From: Deferribacterales bacterium
Lineage (GTDB): Bacteria; Chrysiogenota; Deferribacteres; Deferribacterales; Geovibrionaceae
Direction: 5' to 3'
Length of the DNA stretch: 64,000 nucleotides
Assembly: GCA_050251945.1 (NCBI GenBank)
Contig: JBFWLW010000005.1
Span: forward strand, 96,001 to 160,000
The number at the start of each line of letters is the position of its first letter. Position 1 is the first letter of the stretch. Positions 59,518-64,000 of this stretch are shown here, piece by piece. A program made the translations under genes and the position numbers. Below the pieces are notes generated by a model. That model did not search any database and was not told the DNA's origin. It saw only the letters and a program-made list of their open reading frames with translations.

Positions 59518-61409
59518 TGAACAGCGGGGGATATGCTGTCACTGCGGACAGTATAACAAAGCGCTACGGTTCCGCCGTCGCAGTTGACAACGTATCCATT
59601 AACGTCAAACGCGGCGGCATATACGGTCTGATAGGTCCAGACGGGGCAGGGAAGACCACCATGCTTCGCGTCATATCCGGTATTCTGAGACCGGACAGCG
59701 GCGAGGCTTTTGTCTGCGGTCATTCATGTGAACGTGAACAGACCGCCGTTAAAAATTCAATCGCCTATATGAGTCAGAAATTCGGACTGTACCCCGACCT
59801 GACTGTTCAGGAAAATATCAGACTTTACGCCGACCTCTACGGTGTTGAAAAACACGGTATGCGGGAGCGCATCGAAGAACTTCTCGATTTCAGCTATATG
59901 AAACCCTTCAAACACAGACAGGCAGGGAAGCTTTCCGGCGGCATGAAGCAGAAACTGCAGCTTATCTGCGCGCTGGTGCATAAGCCGGAGGTGCTTCTTC
60001 TGGATGAACCCACCAACGGCGTTGACCCTGTGAGCCGCAGGGATTTCTGGCGGATACTTTACGGGCTGGTCGCAGAGGGCATGACGATACTCATGAGTAC
60101 GGCTTATCTGGACGAAGCGGAGCGGTGCAGTGTCATCGGTCTGATGCATAAGGGAAAAATAATCGCCGAAGGAACACCCGAAGAGGTCGTCGGAAACAGC
60201 GGCATACAGGTTATAAGCGTTAAGGACGGCGGCGACAGAAGTCTTGTGAAAAAGCTGAAAGCCGCTATGGGCGGCGGGCGTGTACACGCATACGGTGACA
60301 GGATAAGGGTTTTGACGCATGATATTCAGGCGGACACTGATGAATTGAAAAAACTGGCTCCGGAGGCTGTTGTAGAGCCCGACAGAGCCATGCTTGAGGA
60401 TATCTTCATGAGCATAGGCGAATCTGCCGATGCCGATGAGAATATCCTTTCGCTCATTGCCGGGGGTGCAGGAGGCAAGACCGGAACTGCACTTGAAGTG
60501 CGGGGGCTGACAAAGCGTTTCGGCGACTTCACGGCGGTGAACAATATAAGTCTGACAGTGCCTTACGGTGAGATATTCGGATTTCTGGGACCTAATGGCG
60601 CAGGAAAAAGTACGACCATAAAGATGCTTTGCGGACTGCTTCCCGCCACATCCGGCGAAGGAGTTGTGGGTGGTGTGGACATAGTGCATAAGCCTGAGAC
60701 CATAAAGTCAAAGATAGGTTATATGAGCCAGAAATTTTCGCTGTACGAAGATCTTAAGGTGTATGAGAACATAGATTTCTACGGCGGGATATACGGGCTG
60801 ACAGGTGCAGAGCTTGCGCAGAGAAGGGACTGGTCGCTGAAACTTGCGGGACTTGAGGACAGAAAGAACCTTATGACCTCGGAGCTTGTAGGCGGCTGGC
60901 GGCAGAGGCTTGCCCTTGCGTGCGCCATCCTGCATAAACCCTCCATAGTGTTTCTGGACGAACCCACCAGCGGTGCCGACCCCTCCAGCAGAAGGCTTTT
61001 CTGGGCTATTATAAACGAACTTGCGGCGGGCGGCGTGACGGTGTTTGTCAGCACGCACTACATGGAAGAGGCGGAATACTGCGACAGGCTGGCGCTGATC
61101 TTCCGCGGCGATACGATAGCGATGGGCAGACCGTCCGAACTTAAGACCTCGCAAATGCAGGACAGGATAATCGAGGTGCTTGTAAAAGACCCTTTCTCCC
61201 ATATGGAGGCGCTGGCGAAGCTGGATTCCGTTCTGGATGTTTCGCTTTTCGGCGCGGGGCTTCATCTGCGAACAAAGGATGCGGCGGAGACCTCCGTTAA
61301 AGAATATTTCGCAGGTAAGGGTACGAGTGCGGAAGTGAACGTCATAGAGGCTACCATGGAGGATGTTTTCGTTTCCATGATAGAGAGAGCCGACGGGGGA
61401 AAAAAATGA
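59517..61409 (+). CDS. ABC transporter ATP-binding protein with two NBDs (YbhF-like)
   Basis: GPDGAGKTT/LSGGMKQKL and GPNGAGKST/GGWRQRL. Confidence 0.94.
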   Translation: MNSGGYAVTADSITKRYGSAVAVDNVSINVKRGGIYGLIGPDGAGKTTMLRVISGILRPDSGEAFVCGHSCEREQTAVKNSIAYMSQKFGLYPDLTVQENIRLYADLYGVEKHGMRERIEELLDFSYMKPFKHRQAGKLSGGMKQKLQLICALVHKPEVLLLDEPTNGVDPVSRRDFWRILYGLVAEGMTILMSTAYLDEAERCSVIGLMHKGKIIAEGTPEEVVGNSGIQVISVKDGGDRSLVKKLKAAMGGGRVHAYGDRIRVLTHDIQADTDELKKLAPEAVVEPDRAMLEDIFMSIGESADADENILSLIAGGAGGKTGTALEVRGLTKRFGDFTAVNNISLTVPYGEIFGFLGPNGAGKSTTIKMLCGLLPATSGEGVVGGVDIVHKPETIKSKIGYMSQKFSLYEDLKVYENIDFYGGIYGLTGAELAQRRDWSLKLAGLEDRKNLMTSELVGGWRQRLALACAILHKPSIVFLDEPTSGADPSSRRLFWAIINELAAGGVTVFVSTHYMEEAEYCDRLALIFRGDTIAMGRPSELKTSQMQDRIIEVLVKDPFSHMEALAKLDSVLDVSLFGAGLHLRTKDAAETSVKEYFAGKGTSAEVNVIEATMEDVFVSMIERADGGKK

Positions 61410-62530
61410 TATTCAGTCCGCGACGTCTGAAAGCGATGGTGATAAAAGAATTTATGCATATTCTGCGCGACTGGCGCAGTCTTTTCCTCGCAATAGCCAT
61501 ACCCGTCATGCTGATACTCCTTTTCGGCTATGCGCTGAATACCGACCTGAAAAATATCCCTACGGCTGTTGCCGACCTGTCTGACACTCCCCAGAGCAGA
61601 GAGCTTGTGAGCCTGTTCGACGGTTCCGCATATTTTAACGTTTCATCCCGCGCTGAAGGTTTTGAAGATATGCAGAGGCTTATGCGCGAAAAAAAGGCAC
61701 TGGTGGGCATAATTATCAAAAAGGATTTTGCTGAAAAACTGCTCAAGGGTGAGCATACTGAAGTGCAGGTGCTTGTGGACGGAAGTGACGCGAACGTGGG
61801 ACGCACGGCGCTGAACTATGTTCAGGCACTTTCCACTATATATAATATCAAACTGTCAGCACAGGCTTTGCGGACGGACGGCATGAATGTAAGCGTTCTG
61901 CCACGCGCGTGGTACAATCAGGGCATGGTCAGCACCTATATGATAGTGCCGGGCATCCTTGCCATAGTCATGGCTGTTATCGCGGCGATGCTGGCAAGTG
62001 TCACCGTTGCCCGCGAATGGGAAACAGGCACGATGGAACAGCTTATCAGTACGCCTGTTACGCGGCTGGAGCTGACATTCGGCAAGTTCATCCCGCTGTA
62101 CTGCATCGGGCTTGCGGATATAATGATAGCTATATGGCTGGGGCGGCTGGTCTTCGGAGTGCCGATGCGCGGCAATCCTGCGCTTTTGTTCTTCGTGGCT
62201 ACGCTGTTTCTGACAGGGGTGCTGTTCTTCGGGCTTCTGCTCAGCATAACCCTGAAAAAGCAGGTGCTTGCCAACCAGATAGCGCTTATAACAGGCTTTC
62301 TTCCAACTATGATATTAAGCGGCTTTGTGTTCACCATAGCCAATATGCCGCTTCCCATACAGTTTCTGACCTACATTTTTCCCGCCAGATATTTCGTGTC
62401 GATGCTGAAAAGCATTTACCTGAAAGGGGTGGGGCTTGAGATTATATACGTCAATTTTCTGTTCCTCTGCGTGTATACTCTGATAATGATAGTCGCGGCA
62501 AACAAGCGGCTTAAGCTGAGGCTGAACTGA
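61406..62530 (+). CDS. ABC-2 permease (YbhS-like)
   Basis: KEFMHILRD, VPG, REWETGTMEQL..TP. Confidence 0.93.
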   Translation: MIFSPRRLKAMVIKEFMHILRDWRSLFLAIAIPVMLILLFGYALNTDLKNIPTAVADLSDTPQSRELVSLFDGSAYFNVSSRAEGFEDMQRLMREKKALVGIIIKKDFAEKLLKGEHTEVQVLVDGSDANVGRTALNYVQALSTIYNIKLSAQALRTDGMNVSVLPRAWYNQGMVSTYMIVPGILAIVMAVIAAMLASVTVAREWETGTMEQLISTPVTRLELTFGKFIPLYCIGLADIMIAIWLGRLVFGVPMRGNPALLFFVATLFLTGVLFFGLLLSITLKKQVLANQIALITGFLPTMILSGFVFTIANMPLPIQFLTYIFPARYFVSMLKSIYLKGVGLEIIYVNFLFLCVYTLIMIVAANKRLKLRLN

Positions 62531-63630
62531 TGATAACGAAACTGAAGGCGATGCTCGTCAAAGAACTGAAACAGATGCTTCGCGACCCGAAGATGCGTTC
62601 GATCGTCTTCGTTATGCCGCTTCTTCAGTTGCTGGTGTTCTCTTTTGCGCTCACAATGGATGTCAAAAACATAGGGATAGCCGTTCTGGATTACGACAAT
62701 TCGCCGCAAAGCAGATGGATAACCGACAGTTTTGCTGCCAGCGGATATTTTAAGATACAGTACAGACCGACGGGGCTTGATGAAGTGAAAAAACTGCTGG
62801 ACAGAGGCGACGTGCGCGGTGCCGTAGTTTTTCCGAAAGGGTTTGAAAAGGATATCCTTTCAGGTCGCGAAGCCTCTGTTCAGGTTATTGCCGACGGGAC
62901 GATGAGCAACGACGCGGGGATAATAATTAACTATGCATCCGGCGTTATCAGCACATACGCGGCGAAAAACAGCGTAAATGTGACGGAAACGGTTTCTATT
63001 CAGCACAGGAACCTTTTCAATCCGAACCTGCTTAGCAAGTTTTACTATGTTCCGGGGCTTATCACACTTATGATGATGGTGTCGGGCATGCTTCTGACCA
63101 GTATAGCGATAGTCCGTGAGAAGGAGATAGGAACCATTGAGCAGGTTATGGTCACGCCTATAAGCCGCACAGAGTTTATCATAGGCAAGACTGTTCCGTT
63201 TATGCTGACGGGGCTGATAACCACCACGATGATGTTTGTACTGGCATATTTTATATTCGGCATAACCGTTAAGGGAAGCATATTTCTGCTTATTGCGGTG
63301 GTGGTGCTGAGCATAACGACATATCTGGGGCTTGCGCTTCTGGTGAGCGTATCGTCCAAAACCCAGCAGCAGGCGCTTCTGACATCTTTTTTTCTAATGA
63401 TGCCCAGCGCGCTTCTGAGCGGGTACATATTTCCGGTGTCGAATATGCCGGAACCTGTGCAGTATTTCACCTGTCTTGTACCTATGCGCTGGAGCCTTGA
63501 GGGTATCATCGGCGTTGTTATAAAGGGTGCGACTGCGGCGGAGCTTTCAAAACAGCTTATATGGCTTTGCTTACATGCGACCTTTTTTATGGTTTTTGCA
63601 TCAATGAAGTTTAAAAAGACACTGGAGTGA
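62530..63630 (+). CDS. ABC-2 permease (YbhR-like)
   Basis: KELKQMLRD, VREKEIGTIEQVMVTP. Confidence 0.93.
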   Translation: MITKLKAMLVKELKQMLRDPKMRSIVFVMPLLQLLVFSFALTMDVKNIGIAVLDYDNSPQSRWITDSFAASGYFKIQYRPTGLDEVKKLLDRGDVRGAVVFPKGFEKDILSGREASVQVIADGTMSNDAGIIINYASGVISTYAAKNSVNVTETVSIQHRNLFNPNLLSKFYYVPGLITLMMMVSGMLLTSIAIVREKEIGTIEQVMVTPISRTEFIIGKTVPFMLTGLITTTMMFVLAYFIFGITVKGSIFLLIAVVVLSITTYLGLALLVSVSSKTQQQALLTSFFLMMPSALLSGYIFPVSNMPEPVQYFTCLVPMRWSLEGIIGVVIKGATAAELSKQLIWLCLHATFFMVFASMKFKKTLE

Positions 63631-63631
63631 T

Positions 63632-64000
63632 ATGAAAAAACTGTTCGTTTACGGAACGCTTATGTCGGGACTGGATAAAGAGGGCAGGATGAACGGTGCA
63701 GAGCTTACCTGCGCGGAATGCCGCACGTCCCGAGAACTCAGTATGTATATTTACGAAGGCTGTCCGTTCGTTTTTGAGGGAAGAAACAGATACCGCATCA
63801 AAGGTGAGCTTTACGAAGTGCCTGATGATATGCTTAAATATCTGGACGAATATGAAGGCGATTTTTATTTCCGCAAGATGGAGGAGGTTGAGTGCGGTGA
63901 TTCTGTTTTCACGGCATTCATGTATTTCGGCAGGGGACATTTTTTCGGAATGAAAGAGGTCTCTGGCGGTGACTATAGAAAATTTTCGGGTGAAAAATGA
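63632..64000 (+). CDS. Gamma-glutamylcyclotransferase (AIG2-like) family protein
   Basis: LFVYGTLM, IKGELY, LDEYEG; TGA at the window end. Confidence 0.9.
   Translation: MKKLFVYGTLMSGLDKEGRMNGAELTCAECRTSRELSMYIYEGCPFVFEGRNRYRIKGELYEVPDDMLKYLDEYEGDFYFRKMEEVECGDSVFTAFMYFGRGHFFGMKEVSGGDYRKFSGEK

Noticed and set aside
59757..60689. 310-aa antisense ORF in the ybhF-like gene (also 7552-8457, 6176-6961, 28120-28893, 53890-54621 and similar)
   Set aside because: Shadow ORFs of well-supported genes with no protein-like signatures.

Overview
A gene-dense, mostly housekeeping window of a bacterial chromosome. The gene styles (HWRQPL-type kinase, split atp operon, class II superoxide reductase, large NAD-GDH) suggest an anaerobe of the Deferribacterales (Seleniivibrio/Denitrovibrio/Geovibrio-like); this taxonomy is inference only. 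Core content: can, pckA, HNH-alaS-Nudix-cheX-gdh-M16 peptidase-STAND/TPR, superoxide reductase, metH, prlC, a Crp/Fnr regulator, ispG, PMM/PGM, a diguanylate cyclase, atpF'FHAGDC, an MCP, two RNA methyltransferases, livKHMGF, a cyclophilin, lysA and a TetR-ybhGFSR-like efflux operon. There are also small regulator/enzyme cassettes (XRE/kinase, two MarR pairs, HxlR/tautomerase) with visible palindromic operators. I found no rRNA, tRNA, CRISPR array, transposase or prophage gene. The most unusual signal is non-coding. Seven intergenic regions carry interspersed palindromic repeats. A ~120-bp long-hairpin family (B) is followed by a ~35-bp family (A) in the same order and orientation at four loci. 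The two families share a purine-rich internal-loop core on opposite strands. A 156-bp IS1182-like MITE has duplicated the lysA terminator hairpin and carries a nested third repeat family. Other items of note are an effector-less STAND-NTPase/TPR (NLR-like) protein, an orphan sulfotransferase-fold protein, an orphan ORF with a sigma28-like promoter, and two secreted proteins with internal SD+start sites. All calls come from reading the sequence; no searches were run.
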